A stretch of DNA of 64,000 nt, taken from assembly GCA_030765525.1 (NCBI GenBank), contig JAVCCK010000020.1, positions 177,286-241,285 of the forward strand, written 5' to 3'. Shown here piece by piece: positions 10,213 through 20,600 of the stretch (the first letter of the stretch is position 1; the number at the start of each line of letters is the position of its first letter). This stretch comes from Candidatus Lernaella stagnicola. Lineage in GTDB: Bacteria > Lernaellota > Lernaellaia > Lernaellales > Lernaellaceae. A model generated the notes under the pieces. The model had not been told where the DNA came from. It did no database searches and saw nothing but the letters and a program-made list of their open reading frames with translations. The position numbers were made by a program, and so were the translations under genes.

Positions 10213-10585
10213 ACAACTTTTCCAGCAACGCTTTGACCGACGTGAAATTGAACGGCTTGGGCAAGAATCCATCGAGATCCTCAGGGACTACGTTCTCCAT
10301 GGACCCAAGTGGATACCCGCTCGTAAGTACAAGTTTCGCGTTTGGAGCAAGCCGACGGCAACGTTCAATCATTTCGTGGCACAAGCTATCCGGCAGACGG
10401 TAATCCAGGATTATCAAGTCAATTTCCCGGCCTCGCGACTCCAACGCGTCAGTGGCATCGCTGCCGTTCGTTGCTACGGCGGCTGATCGGCCGAGCCGTT
10501 CGATCATGCGATGCAGGAGCGTGGCTAACATGGACTCGTCTTCGATTATCAAGACGCTTGGTTTGTCTCCCATGGCTGTCTCCAT
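10205..10585 (-). CDS. Single-domain response regulator (receiver domain only)
   Basis: VLIIEDE...DLIILDYRLPD...KLVLTSGYP receiver-domain motifs; 126 aa; 8-nt convergent overlap with the radical SAM gene. Confidence 0.7.
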   Translation of the reverse strand: METAMGDKPSVLIIEDESMLATLLHRMIERLGRSAAVATNGSDATDALESRGREIDLIILDYRLPDSLCHEMIERCRRLAPNAKLVLTSGYPLGSMENVVPEDLDGFLPKPFNFTSVKALLEKLFT

Positions 10586-10600
10586 AGGCCCTTCTTTTTT

Positions 10601-10984
10601 TTATTTACCTATGAGTTTTTCGATAACGACCCGAAGGGCATGGGCCTTAAAGGGTTTTACCAGGAATTCGTTGGCGCCGGATTCCATGGCGTTGGCTCGA
10701 TGGTCTTTTTCCTCTTCCGACGCGATCATTAAAAAAGGCAAAAGACGGTAGCGGTCGTCGGCGCGAACCGCACGAAGCAACTCGAGGCCGGAAACCTTCG
10801 GCATGCTCCAATCCGAGATGATCAACTCAATCGGTTCGTTTTTCAGAATTTCCAGCGCAGTGGCCCCGCCGTCCGCCTCAACGACTTGGTGGAGGCCGAT
10901 TTGCCTCAGCAGACTCTTGATGATTCGCCGCATGGTGGAGAAGTCGTCGACGCATAGGATCTTGATATTTGGATCAACGGCCAC
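10601..10984 (-). CDS. CheY-like single-domain response regulator
   Basis: ILCVDDFSTMRRII...LIISDWSMP...FLVKPF closely resembles CheY; GTG start. Confidence 0.75.
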   Translation of the reverse strand: MAVDPNIKILCVDDFSTMRRIIKSLLRQIGLHQVVEADGGATALEILKNEPIELIISDWSMPKVSGLELLRAVRADDRYRLLPFLMIASEEEKDHRANAMESGANEFLVKPFKAHALRVVIEKLIGK

Positions 10985-11124
10985 AGGCTATCCCTTCCGG
11001 TGAGGCTGGTATTGCAGCAATGGAAATCTCAAAAAAAGACATAATATCAAGTATTTCATAGTTTTACTAACTATCGATTGTGTTTTCGCCTATCCATGAG
11101 TGTCGGATTTTTGAGGCTTTAACT

Positions 11125-11171
11125 TGACGGGAAAACAGATCGGAGTGATAATTAGTCTAGGCTAACAAAGG
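11125..11171 (+). promoter_or_regulatory. Candidate sigma70-type promoter (TTGACG-N16/17-GATAAT) with overlapping DtxR-like iron-box-like element upstream of the dtxR/feoA-feoB operon
   Basis: TTGACG at 11125-11130, GATAAT at 11147-11152; TTAGTCTAGGCTAACAAAG at 11153-11171 matches 13/19 positions of the DtxR/IdeR consensus TTAGGTTAGCCTAACCTAA; lies in an AT-rich divergent intergenic region. Confidence 0.35.
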
Positions 11172-11183
11172 TAGGTGGGAGAC

Positions 11184-11927
11184 ATGGCCGTAGACAACAC
11201 TGCCAATTTACAGATGTCGGAATCTTTGGAAGATTATCTGGAAACAATATACCATCTTGTGAAGCAAAAAAAAGTCGCGCGAGTGAAGGATATCGCGGCG
11301 GAGCGCAGCGTCAGCATGGCCTCTGTTTCAACGGCAATGCGTCGTTTGGCCGATTTGGATTTGATTCACTACCGACAACGCGAATACATCGAGTTGACCC
11401 CAAAGGGTGAATCCGTCGTGCGGCGCATCGTGACGCGGCATGAGATAATGCATCGATTTTTCACGGAAATTTTGCAGGTGGATGACAAGATTGCCGACGA
11501 AGACGCGTGTCAGATCGAGCACCATATTTCCGATCAAACGGTGGATCGCCTGGTGCGTCTGCTGGAATTTCTTGAGAACTGTGAAGATGGCCGCAACCTG
11601 TTGCAGCTTTTTCAGTCATGTCACACGATCAATCCCGAACTCGGCGGCTGCGTGGAGACGTGCGAGCGGCGGCGACGGCGGCGCGGTCGAGAGACGTTGT
11701 TGTGCACCTTGGCTGATTTGAAACCGGGATCGCGTGCCTTGGTGGCGCGTATTCAAGCGAAAGGCGCTGTGCGTCAACGTCTGATTGACATGGGCATGCT
11801 GCCGCACACGGAAATCGAAGTGGAGCGCGTTGCACCTTCGGGCGACCCGATTTGGATTCGCATTCGCGGGTTCAACCTTTCCCTGCGCAAGCACGAAGCC
11901 GCCGGTATTATGGTCAACCCGGTATAG
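11184..11927 (+). CDS. DtxR/MntR-family metal-dependent transcriptional regulator with C-terminal FeoA (SH3-like) domain
   Basis: N-terminal SESLEDYLETIYHL HTH region typical of DtxR; C-terminal FeoA-like segment; AGGTGG RBS before ATG 11184. Confidence 0.75.
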   Translation: MAVDNTANLQMSESLEDYLETIYHLVKQKKVARVKDIAAERSVSMASVSTAMRRLADLDLIHYRQREYIELTPKGESVVRRIVTRHEIMHRFFTEILQVDDKIADEDACQIEHHISDQTVDRLVRLLEFLENCEDGRNLLQLFQSCHTINPELGGCVETCERRRRRRGRETLLCTLADLKPGSRALVARIQAKGAVRQRLIDMGMLPHTEIEVERVAPSGDPIWIRIRGFNLSLRKHEAAGIMVNPV

Positions 11928-11969
11928 GGCTTATCTCCGAAACAGAAGGACAGGGGAGCAACGGGCGGT

Positions 11970-14051
11970 ATGAGCGAATCAAATGGGGATCGCCGAGTCT
12001 TGCGGGTGGTTTTGGCTGGGAACCCGAACTCCGGGAAGACCTCCATCTTCAACGCGTTGACCGGCTCCAATCAACGCGTGGGCAATTACCCCGGCATCAC
12101 GATTGAGAAAAAGGAAGGCCACTTTCAGGATGGCGGCTGGGATTTTCGCGTGTTGGATTTACCCGGCACCTATAGCCTGACGGCGTACTCGCCCGAGGAA
12201 CGCATCGCCCGGCGGGAAATTCTGCGCGACGACCTGGACGTGGTGGTCGTCGTGGCTGATTCCACGAACCTGGATCGGAATCTGTACCTGCTTTTGCAGG
12301 TGATGGAACTGGGCGGCAACGCCGTGTTGGTGCTCAACATGACTGATGAAGCCGAGGCCGGCGGTCAACGCCTGGATGTGCCGCAAATGCGGGCCTTGCT
12401 TGGCATACCGGTTGTGCAAACGGTCGGCAATCGCGGACGGGGCGTGGACGAACTCAAGCAGGCCGTTTTCAAGGCCGTGGAGCAACCGACTCGCGGCGAG
12501 CGCTTGGTCTACGGAGAGGATTTCGAGACGCCGCTGGCTCGGCTGGCCGACCGCATCATGCCGCACTTGCCGCGTGAGGCGCCGCCCTCGCGGTGGTTGG
12601 CGATCAAGGTCATCGAATGCGATCCGGAAATCGAGCGGCAACTTCGCGATTGGACTGTCGCTGACGAGGGCCTGCTAGAGGAAATCAAGGCGCAGGCGGC
12701 CGCGTTGGCGGCGGAGCATCAAACCGACGGCCCGTTGTTCGTGGCCGATCGCCGTTATTCCTTCATTGCCGGTTTGTTGCGAGAGGTTCGCGTGGCGGAA
12801 ATGCGGCGCGATTCGCGGCGGGCGTCGGACTCGGTCGATGAAGTGTTGGTCCATCGGGTGTTGGGAATACCGATATTCTTCACGATGATGTACTTGCTGT
12901 TTTGGGCGACGTTTTCGGTTGGCGAAATTCCGATGCATTGGATCGAGGCCGGCTTTGAGATGTTGACGGCGGCGATTAACTCCATGTGGGCGCCGGGTCA
13001 AGAATCGGTGCTGCGGTCGCTGATCGTGGACGGAATCATTGGCGGCGTCGGGGGAGTGCTGGTCTTCCTGCCGAATATTCTGATTTTGTTCTTCGGCCTT
13101 TCCCTGTTGGAAGACACGGGATACATGTCCCGCGCGGCGTTTTTGATGGACCGCTTCATGCACCGGATGGGCCTGCACGGCAAGAGTTTCGTCCCCATGC
13201 TGACCGGCTTTGGGTGCAGCATCCCCGGCATCATGGCGTGTCGCACGCTGGACAACGAACGCGACCGCTTGACGACCATGTTGGTGCTGCCGCTGATGAG
13301 TTGCGGTGCCCGTTTGCCGATCTACCTGCTGATGGTGCCGGCGTTTTTTGCCGCGAAGTGGCAGGCGCCAATGCTGTGGCTGCTGTATTTCATCGGAATC
13401 GGGCTGGCGGTCGTGCTTGCCAAGCTGCTGCGAGTAACGATCTTAGCCGGCGACGACGCGCCTTTCGTGATGGAATTGCCTCCTTATCGCTTGCCGACGC
13501 TAAAGGCCATCACGCTGAAAATGTGGCAGCGAGGTTGGCTGTACGTGCGCAAAGCCGGCACGGTGATTTTGGCGATTTCCATTCTGTTGTGGCTGGCCAC
13601 GGCGTATCCGAAAGTCGGACCACTGGAAAACGCCACTCCGCAACAGCAAGCTCAGGCTGCGTTGGAATACAGCGCGGCGGGCCATGTCGGTCGGTTGCTC
13701 GAACCGGTCACCTCGACAATGGGCGCGGACTTTCGCATTACGACCGCCATGATCGGAGCGTTCGCGGCGAAGGAGATATTCGTGGCGCAGATGGGCATTG
13801 TGTTCTCGCTGGGCGAAAGCGACGAAACAAACGAGTCGCTGCGTGAGGTGTTATCGCGAACCTATACGCCTCTGCAAGCGTTTTGCGTGATGCTGTTTCT
13901 GCTGATTGCCACGCCGTGCATGGCGACGGTGGCGGTGACGCGCCGGGAGTCGGGTTCGTGGAAATGGGCGGCGCTGCAATTCTGGGGTTTGACATTCGTA
14001 GGGTGGCTGTTGGCCACGGTGGTCTATCAAATCGGTCGCATGGTACTATGA
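11970..14051 (+). CDS. feoB: Ferrous iron transporter FeoB
   Basis: N-terminal G-protein domain (GNPNSGKTSIFNALTG, DLPGTYSL) followed by a polytopic membrane domain; 693 aa. Confidence 0.9.
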   Translation: MSESNGDRRVLRVVLAGNPNSGKTSIFNALTGSNQRVGNYPGITIEKKEGHFQDGGWDFRVLDLPGTYSLTAYSPEERIARREILRDDLDVVVVVADSTNLDRNLYLLLQVMELGGNAVLVLNMTDEAEAGGQRLDVPQMRALLGIPVVQTVGNRGRGVDELKQAVFKAVEQPTRGERLVYGEDFETPLARLADRIMPHLPREAPPSRWLAIKVIECDPEIERQLRDWTVADEGLLEEIKAQAAALAAEHQTDGPLFVADRRYSFIAGLLREVRVAEMRRDSRRASDSVDEVLVHRVLGIPIFFTMMYLLFWATFSVGEIPMHWIEAGFEMLTAAINSMWAPGQESVLRSLIVDGIIGGVGGVLVFLPNILILFFGLSLLEDTGYMSRAAFLMDRFMHRMGLHGKSFVPMLTGFGCSIPGIMACRTLDNERDRLTTMLVLPLMSCGARLPIYLLMVPAFFAAKWQAPMLWLLYFIGIGLAVVLAKLLRVTILAGDDAPFVMELPPYRLPTLKAITLKMWQRGWLYVRKAGTVILAISILLWLATAYPKVGPLENATPQQQAQAALEYSAAGHVGRLLEPVTSTMGADFRITTAMIGAFAAKEIFVAQMGIVFSLGESDETNESLREVLSRTYTPLQAFCVMLFLLIATPCMATVAVTRRESGSWKWAALQFWGLTFVGWLLATVVYQIGRMVL

Positions 14052-14052
14052 T

Positions 14053-14265
14053 ATGGTGCATCTCGTAGAATACATTCTCGTTGTTTTATTGGTCGTTGGC
14101 GCGGCCGTGTATTTGATTTGGCATTACGCCGCGAACCGAAAGAAGCGGGCTGCGGGCGTATGCACGGGCGACTGCGCGACATGCCCCTATGCGGATCACG
14201 AATCGCAGTGCGTGCAACCGTCGTTGCGAAACGAGTACCTCGATGACCCCGGTTCCAAAGAATAG
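14053..14265 (+). CDS. FeoB-associated Cys-rich small membrane protein
   Basis: 70 aa, one TM helix then CTGDCATCPYADHESQC; starts 2 nt after the feoB stop. Confidence 0.6.
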   Translation: MVHLVEYILVVLLVVGAAVYLIWHYAANRKKRAAGVCTGDCATCPYADHESQCVQPSLRNEYLDDPGSKE

Positions 14266-14947
14266 ACTTCGTATTTCCTTGATTTTAGCGTGTGTGGTTT
14301 CGGCTTTGCTTGTTGTCGGCTGCCGCACTCACGTGCGTGGCGTGGCGCTCGAGCTGGAAACGACCTCGATCGAAGCGATGAGGCCACTGCTCAAGGCACG
14401 TCTGGACGGATGGCGGGAAGTCGAATCATCCGTGAAGATTGCGGGCTTGTGGGAACACCTGCCCCTGCCGGCCGAGGACGTGGCGGTGATCGGCTATCAA
14501 GCCGCGCCGGGGCCTTGGCGGTATTCCGCAGCGCACGTGGCGGGAAAGATCGAGGGGCGTGGCGGGCAAGCCTTGAGCAAGAGGATGCGGCGGCGGCTGG
14601 AAAAATATTTGGAAGACTCGCGTTTGTCGGCGGATGTTTACATGGCGTCCGAGGAGCTTCGCGAGCGCGTGTTGGCGTTGCACGTAACGCGCGGTTTGGC
14701 GACCAATGCGATCGGCAAGTTCGAAATCCCCGTGGTGTTCGCGCGACTGAATGCGCCGCGGCAGGAAGACAACGTTTATGCGGCGAACGCGGTGAACAAT
14801 ATCGTCTTTTTAGCCAGGCGTAAGGCCGTCGGATTTGTGTGGTTACGGGACGCCAACTCGACGGTCTTGTGGACGAACATACGCGAGCCGGGCGGGCCGT
14901 GGACGCAGGAGCGCATCGTGCAAGCCTTGGCATCGGGAAAGGAATAG
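14243..14947 (+). CDS. Hypothetical lipoprotein
   Basis: Signal peptide with lipobox (LLVVGC) from ATG 14243; no recognisable domain. Confidence 0.5.
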   Translation: MTPVPKNRLRISLILACVVSALLVVGCRTHVRGVALELETTSIEAMRPLLKARLDGWREVESSVKIAGLWEHLPLPAEDVAVIGYQAAPGPWRYSAAHVAGKIEGRGGQALSKRMRRRLEKYLEDSRLSADVYMASEELRERVLALHVTRGLATNAIGKFEIPVVFARLNAPRQEDNVYAANAVNNIVFLARRKAVGFVWLRDANSTVLWTNIREPGGPWTQERIVQALASGKE

Positions 14948-14950
14948 AAC

Positions 14951-15394
14951 GTGCGCGTCGTGATTCAACGCGTGAAACGGGCGTCGGTGACGGTGGACGG
15001 CGAGATCATCGGAGCCATCGGGCCGGGATTGTTGGTGTTGCTCGGCGTCAAGCAGGGCGACGGCGAGAGGGACCTGGAGTTTCTGGTCAACAAGACCATC
15101 GGCCTGCGTATCTTTCCCGACGAAGCCGGCAAGATGAACCGCAGCGTGCTGGATGTCGGCGGTGAGTTGCTTGTCGTGAGCCAATTCACGCTGTACGGCG
15201 ATGCTCGTAAGGGTAAGCGTCCCAGCTTCACCGACGCCGCGCCGCCGGAGCAAGCCGAGCGTCTTTACGAGCTTTTTTGCGCCCGGGCGCGGGAACGCGG
15301 CGTGGCTGTGCAGACGGGTCGCTTCGCGGCCATGATGGACGTGGAACTGGTCAACGACGGGCCGGTGACCATCCTGGTTGACTCTCCGGAATAA
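14951..15394 (+). CDS. dtd: D-aminoacyl-tRNA deacylase
   Basis: MRVVIQRV...LLVLLGV...SQFTLYGD...GKRPSF, full-length match to the Dtd family (147 aa). Confidence 0.9.
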   Translation: MRVVIQRVKRASVTVDGEIIGAIGPGLLVLLGVKQGDGERDLEFLVNKTIGLRIFPDEAGKMNRSVLDVGGELLVVSQFTLYGDARKGKRPSFTDAAPPEQAERLYELFCARARERGVAVQTGRFAAMMDVELVNDGPVTILVDSPE

Positions 15395-15481
15395 CCCGCG
15401 GGCCTTTGCTACAATTTCACTGCATGTTATAAGTCTCGCCTCCAAACGTTTGGACCCGTATCGATTGAGAAGGAGTAGGTC

Positions 15482-17515
15482 ATGTCGCGTCGAATCCTTG
15501 TTACCTGCGCACTCCCATATGCCAACGGCAGTATTCACCTGGGCCATCTGGTGGAATACCTGTTTGCCGACATTTGGGTGCGCTACCTGCGAATGCAGGG
15601 GGAAGACGCGATCTATATCTGCGCCGATGACACGCACGGCACGGCGATTCAGGTGCGGGCGCTCAAGGAAGGAACGACGCCCGAGGATTTGATTGGGCGC
15701 ATGTACGACGAGCACGTGAAGGATTTCGCCGATTTTCAGGTGGCTTTCGACAGCTACCACAGCACGAATTCACCGGAAAACCAAAAGTGGTCGGCCCGGA
15801 TTTACGAAGCCGCCAAAGCCAAGGGCTTGATTGCCCGGCGCGAAGTCGAGCAGCTTTTCTGCCCCAACGACAACATGTTTTTGCCGGACCGCTTCGTCAG
15901 GGGAACGTGCCCGAAATGCGGGGCGGGCGACCAGTACGGCGATGTGTGCGAAGAGTGCGGCACGACCTACAACGCGCGCGAGGTCAAGCAGCCCAAGTGC
16001 TCGGTTTGCGGTACGACACCCGTGGTCAAAAGCAGCGAGCACCTGTTTTTCGAGTTGGGCAAACTGACCGATGAACTGCTTGAATGGACCGGCGAGGACG
16101 AGCACCTGCAATCGGAAGTGCGGAACTACGTCAATAACTGGATGACCGACGGCCTGCGCGACTGGGATATCAGCCGCGACGGTCCGTATTTCGGATTTCC
16201 CATTCCCGGTGAAGAGAATAAGTACTTCTACGTCTGGCTCGACGCGCCGGTCGGCTACATCGCGAGCACCGAGCATTACTGCGAGCGGGTCGGTAAAAAC
16301 GTGAGCGATTACTGGGAGAATCCGGACACGGAGATCTACCACATCATCGGCAAAGACATCATTTACTTCCACGCCCTGTTTTGGCCGGCGATGCTGATGA
16401 CGGCCGATTTGACGTTGCCCAAACAAATCGCCGTGCACGGCTTTTTGCGCGTGGAAGGCGAGAAAATGAGCAAGTCCCGCGGGACTTTCGTCAACGCCCG
16501 CACCTATTTGGACCACTTGGAGCCCGAATATTTGCGCTACTACTACGCGGCGAAGCTCTCGGGGCAGATCGAAGATATCGACCTCGTGTTTGAGGATTTC
16601 ATCAACCGAGTGAACGCAGAGTTAGTGAACAAAATCGCCAACTTGGCCAGCCGGTCGATGAGCTTTGTGAGCAAACGCCTGGGCGGCACGCTCGGCGAGA
16701 TCCCGGACGACGCCCAAGATATGATCGCCAAGGCGGAGGCGGCGGGAGAGGAAATTGCGCAAGCCTACGACCGGCGTGACCTGGCTGCGGCGGTCGAGTC
16801 GATCACGCGGCTGGCAGAGGCCGGAAATCTCTATTTGCAGGAAGCAGCCCCCTGGGACGCCATGAAAAAGGGCGACGAACAGCGCGCCCGGGATGTCTGT
16901 ACCGCGGCGGTGAACCTGACGAAAATCATCACCGTGTACCTCAAACCCGTCTTGCCGGAATACGCGAAGAAGGTCGAGGACATGCTCAACCTCGGCGACC
17001 TACAATGGTCCGACGCGCGGGCCGACCTGACCGGCGGGCACGAGATCAAACCCTTCCAACATCTGGTGGAACGGCTGGAGCGCGAGAAGATCGACGCCAT
17101 CATCGAGGCGAGCGTCATACCGGAAGAAAAAACGGCGCCGTCGAGCGATTTCGTCCCTGAGCCTTTGTCGGCCGAAATCGAATTCGATGATTTCCTTAAG
17201 GTCGACCTACGGGTGGCCCGCATCACGGCGGCTGAGGCGGTGGAAGGGGCGAAGAAATTGCTCCGGCTGACGCTCGATTTGGGGCCGCTGGGCACTCGCA
17301 GTGTGTTTGCCGGCATCGCGCAGCATGTCGAAAATCCGGAAAGCCTCGTCGGCAAGACCATCGCGTGCGTGGCCAACCTGAAACCGCGCCAGATGAAGTG
17401 GGGCGTTTCGGAGGCGATGATCACTGCCGCGACCAGTAAAAACACGGACGGCAAAGGCGAGCACATCGCCCTTGTCGAAGTGCCTGACGGTAAGCCCGGC
17501 GAGCGGATCAGCTAG
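15482..17515 (+). CDS. metG: Methionine--tRNA ligase
   Basis: HIGH-type motif (PYANGSIHLGH), KMSKS motif, zinc knuckle cysteines, C-terminal tRNA-binding domain; AGGAGTAGG RBS. Confidence 0.92.
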   Translation: MSRRILVTCALPYANGSIHLGHLVEYLFADIWVRYLRMQGEDAIYICADDTHGTAIQVRALKEGTTPEDLIGRMYDEHVKDFADFQVAFDSYHSTNSPENQKWSARIYEAAKAKGLIARREVEQLFCPNDNMFLPDRFVRGTCPKCGAGDQYGDVCEECGTTYNAREVKQPKCSVCGTTPVVKSSEHLFFELGKLTDELLEWTGEDEHLQSEVRNYVNNWMTDGLRDWDISRDGPYFGFPIPGEENKYFYVWLDAPVGYIASTEHYCERVGKNVSDYWENPDTEIYHIIGKDIIYFHALFWPAMLMTADLTLPKQIAVHGFLRVEGEKMSKSRGTFVNARTYLDHLEPEYLRYYYAAKLSGQIEDIDLVFEDFINRVNAELVNKIANLASRSMSFVSKRLGGTLGEIPDDAQDMIAKAEAAGEEIAQAYDRRDLAAAVESITRLAEAGNLYLQEAAPWDAMKKGDEQRARDVCTAAVNLTKIITVYLKPVLPEYAKKVEDMLNLGDLQWSDARADLTGGHEIKPFQHLVERLEREKIDAIIEASVIPEEKTAPSSDFVPEPLSAEIEFDDFLKVDLRVARITAAEAVEGAKKLLRLTLDLGPLGTRSVFAGIAQHVENPESLVGKTIACVANLKPRQMKWGVSEAMITAATSKNTDGKGEHIALVEVPDGKPGERIS

Positions 17516-17663
17516 CGAATTATTTTTGTGTAATCACGTTATTTTGTGAGTGACTGCAGGGCGGCGCCGTAGTACACTTACGCCGATTGGGGTCTGGAAC
17601 TTCGGCTTCGAAACCCTGTGGGAGGGGATGCTTTCCGGCCGTGAAACACGGCGGGGAGGTTGC

Positions 17664-20600
17664 ATGTGCAAGCTCCGTTTCGCCCTTGTCGTACTCTGTA
17701 TTCTTTCCTTGTTTGCTATCCAGATTAATTGTGGCGGCTACGATAAAAATGCGGCTACATTGGATTCTCCCACGGGTGACGACGACACGCCTTTAGCCGA
17801 CGATGACGACGACGATGATGACAACAACGACGATGACAACGACGACGATGATGACAACGACGATGACAACGACGATGACGACAACGACGACGACGATGAC
17901 GATGACGACAAGGTTCTAATCAATGCCGGCGGTGAGGGCTACCATTACGACCAGAGAGATTATTTCCCCGACCGCCAATTCGATCCGCAGGCAGGCTACG
18001 GTCACATCATGGCGTCGGCCGTCTATTTCGAAGATGACGATATCGGCTTTGACAGTGGACCGATCCTGGACAACCAGTGTTACTACGCGGCAAATCCCTC
18101 CACGCTGTTCGATGGCGACGATCCTTTTGATTTTGGCGATACGGAATTCACGCGGACGGCCCTAACGCCGGTCGAGGTGACGGCGCCGTTGTTGTACCGC
18201 GTGCGCGTCGAAGAAAGCGGATCGTACCTGCTGCGCCTTTATTTGATGGAAGTGTTCGCCCACGAAGCGGGGCAGGTTGTTTTCGATATCCGGATCAACG
18301 AAACGACGGTTTTGGCCAACGTGGACCTCTATGCCCAGGCTCAACGCTTGCATGTGTTCGTGTTAACTTTCGCGACCGACGTGATCGGGTTGGATATCGA
18401 TGTGAGGATCGAGCCGAAGCCGACCAATCTCTTCCCGGTTCACGTGGCCGCGATTGAGGTGACGCCGACGCCCGAGGGGCTTGGAGAGGGGCCGGAAGCG
18501 CCGGAGGAACTTGTGGCGCGCGCCGGTTACGACCAGGTGGGATTGCAGTGGCTGCGCGACGAATATCCCCTGCTGGCCGGGTACCGTATCTACCGCGACG
18601 GCTCGCCCCTCAACGCAATCGTTCAACCACAACCATACACGGTTGACCCGTGGTTTGTGGATGAGTCACCGGTGGCGGGCGTCGCCTATTCGTATCAAGT
18701 TGCGGCGGTGGATGTGTGGGGCATCGAGAGTGATCTTTCTACGGCTGTCGTAGTAACCCCGCTGGCCGAGACGGCCTCGACGCTGCCGGTACATCACGTG
18801 ACGATCAGCCCGGAGAATCTGTCGACGCTGAATGCGCATCCCTTTGAAGAGATTTGGGTGGATGCGGCGTACGATCGCGCGGGCCTGAATTTCGAAGAGG
18901 CGGGAATTCGTTTTCGCGGGTCGAAGAACCGGTACTTCGCAAAAAATGCGTACCGCATTCGCCCCAAGAACGACGACCGCCGTTTCGTACTTAACACATC
19001 GCCGGTGGACTCCACGTACGTGCGCAACCGGATTTTGTACGACCTGTTCAACGAATATACGGATATTCCGGCGGCAGGGTACGACTTCGTGAATTTGTTT
19101 ATGAACGATCGTTATATGGGAGTGTACGGCGACCTGGAGGTTTACGACCACTATTGGTTAACGGCCGCTGGCTGGAATCCGAACGGTTGCTTGTTCAAAG
19201 CGGTCGACCTGTGGAGCGAAGACCCTTTGGAAGCGTGGGAATTGAAAAACGGCCCCACGAGTTGTTGGTCCGAACTGGTTGATTTTACTACCTCTGTGGA
19301 GCAAGCACCGCCCGAGCAGGCGGCGGAAGTATTTGCACGTTGGGTGGATGTGGACGCGTTCATCGATTGGTATGCGATTATGGTGCTGAGCGGCAACGAA
19401 GATTTCTGGGCGGTCAATCACTACGTGTACCTGGATCCAGAGCATGGTCGTTGGCGTTACATCCCTTATGACCTGGACACAACGCTGCAGGGCTTCCGGC
19501 CGGATTATCAAATCGGCGCCCATTGGGACAAGGGCGAGCCGTACATCAACCCGACCATCGCGCTGTTTCACGAGGTGGATCATTTCCGTTACGCCTACGC
19601 ACGGCGGATGATGGAACTGCGGGCCGAGTCGTTTTCGCCCGCGGGGCCGCTCGCCCAATGGGCAACCGAGTGGCGGGCGGATCTAGAGGACGAGACGTCC
19701 CGCGATTTCCAATGGGCGACAGCGGTGTGTCACGACTTGTTCGATGCCGGTTTTGACGCGATTGCCCAGCATCTGCAAATGCTCGCAGGGCCCGGGATTG
19801 CGGACGAAATCGCGCAGTTTATGCCGTCGCTGGATGTTGTGGAATTCCATGAAATGCAAACGAATAACGGGTCAACCTACGCGGACGAGTACGGCGAATT
19901 CGATGCCTGGGTGGAGATTCACAATGAAGGCCGGGCCACGATGCACCTCCTCGACCTGTCGTTGACCGATGATCCGGATATGCCGCGCAAATGGGTACTG
20001 CCGGAATTGCGCCTGGCGCCGGACGAAGTTTTTGTGATTTGGCTTGACGGCCAATCCGAACAGGGGGAAGGGCACGCGACCTTCTCGGTCGAAAACAGCG
20101 AGGGCACGTTGTATCTGTACGACTGCCCGTTTAACGGCGGCGGCTTAATCGACTCGCTCCGGCACGCAGCTATGCCGGCAGATTTTTCTTGGTCGTGGAA
20201 CGTGGTCGCCGGTCAATGGGAGTTGACCGACGCGCCCACGCCCGGCGTCGCCAATGACGTGACAACGAACCATGACCCAAAGATCATCTGGGTGGATAAA
20301 ACACCGCGCTTCCCGGGGGCCGGGGATACCATTTACATACTGGCCGAGGTTTTCGAGGAAGATGGCGATCCCCTCGCCGTTGCCGTGGAGTACGAGACTA
20401 ATAAGGTGTCACGTACGACCGTCGACATGGCTGACGACGGCGAGCATATGGACGGCGCGCCCGGCGACGGCGTGTTCGGCGGTCAGTTGCCGACGACTCC
20501 GGCGCATCATGATATTGTTCGGTATTACGTTACTGCCGCCGACGGCCGAGGCGGGGTCGCAACCCGTCCGGCGGCGGCTCCCGCAGTGAGGCTGAAGTTT

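Noticed and set aside
17550-17663. Upstream in-frame extensions of ORF-track starts (also 1230..1448, 37153..37539, 54249..54530, 29707 ORF to 30222)
   Set aside because: The internal ATG/GTG starts are preceded by Shine-Dalgarno-like sequences and begin at signal peptides or conserved N-termini; the extensions overlap upstream genes or are Arg/Gly-rich.
17800-17910. Tandem-repeat DNA that might be mistaken for a CRISPR or VNTR array
   Set aside because: The repeats are codon-level (3-nt period), lie inside coding frames, and have no repeat-spacer organisation.
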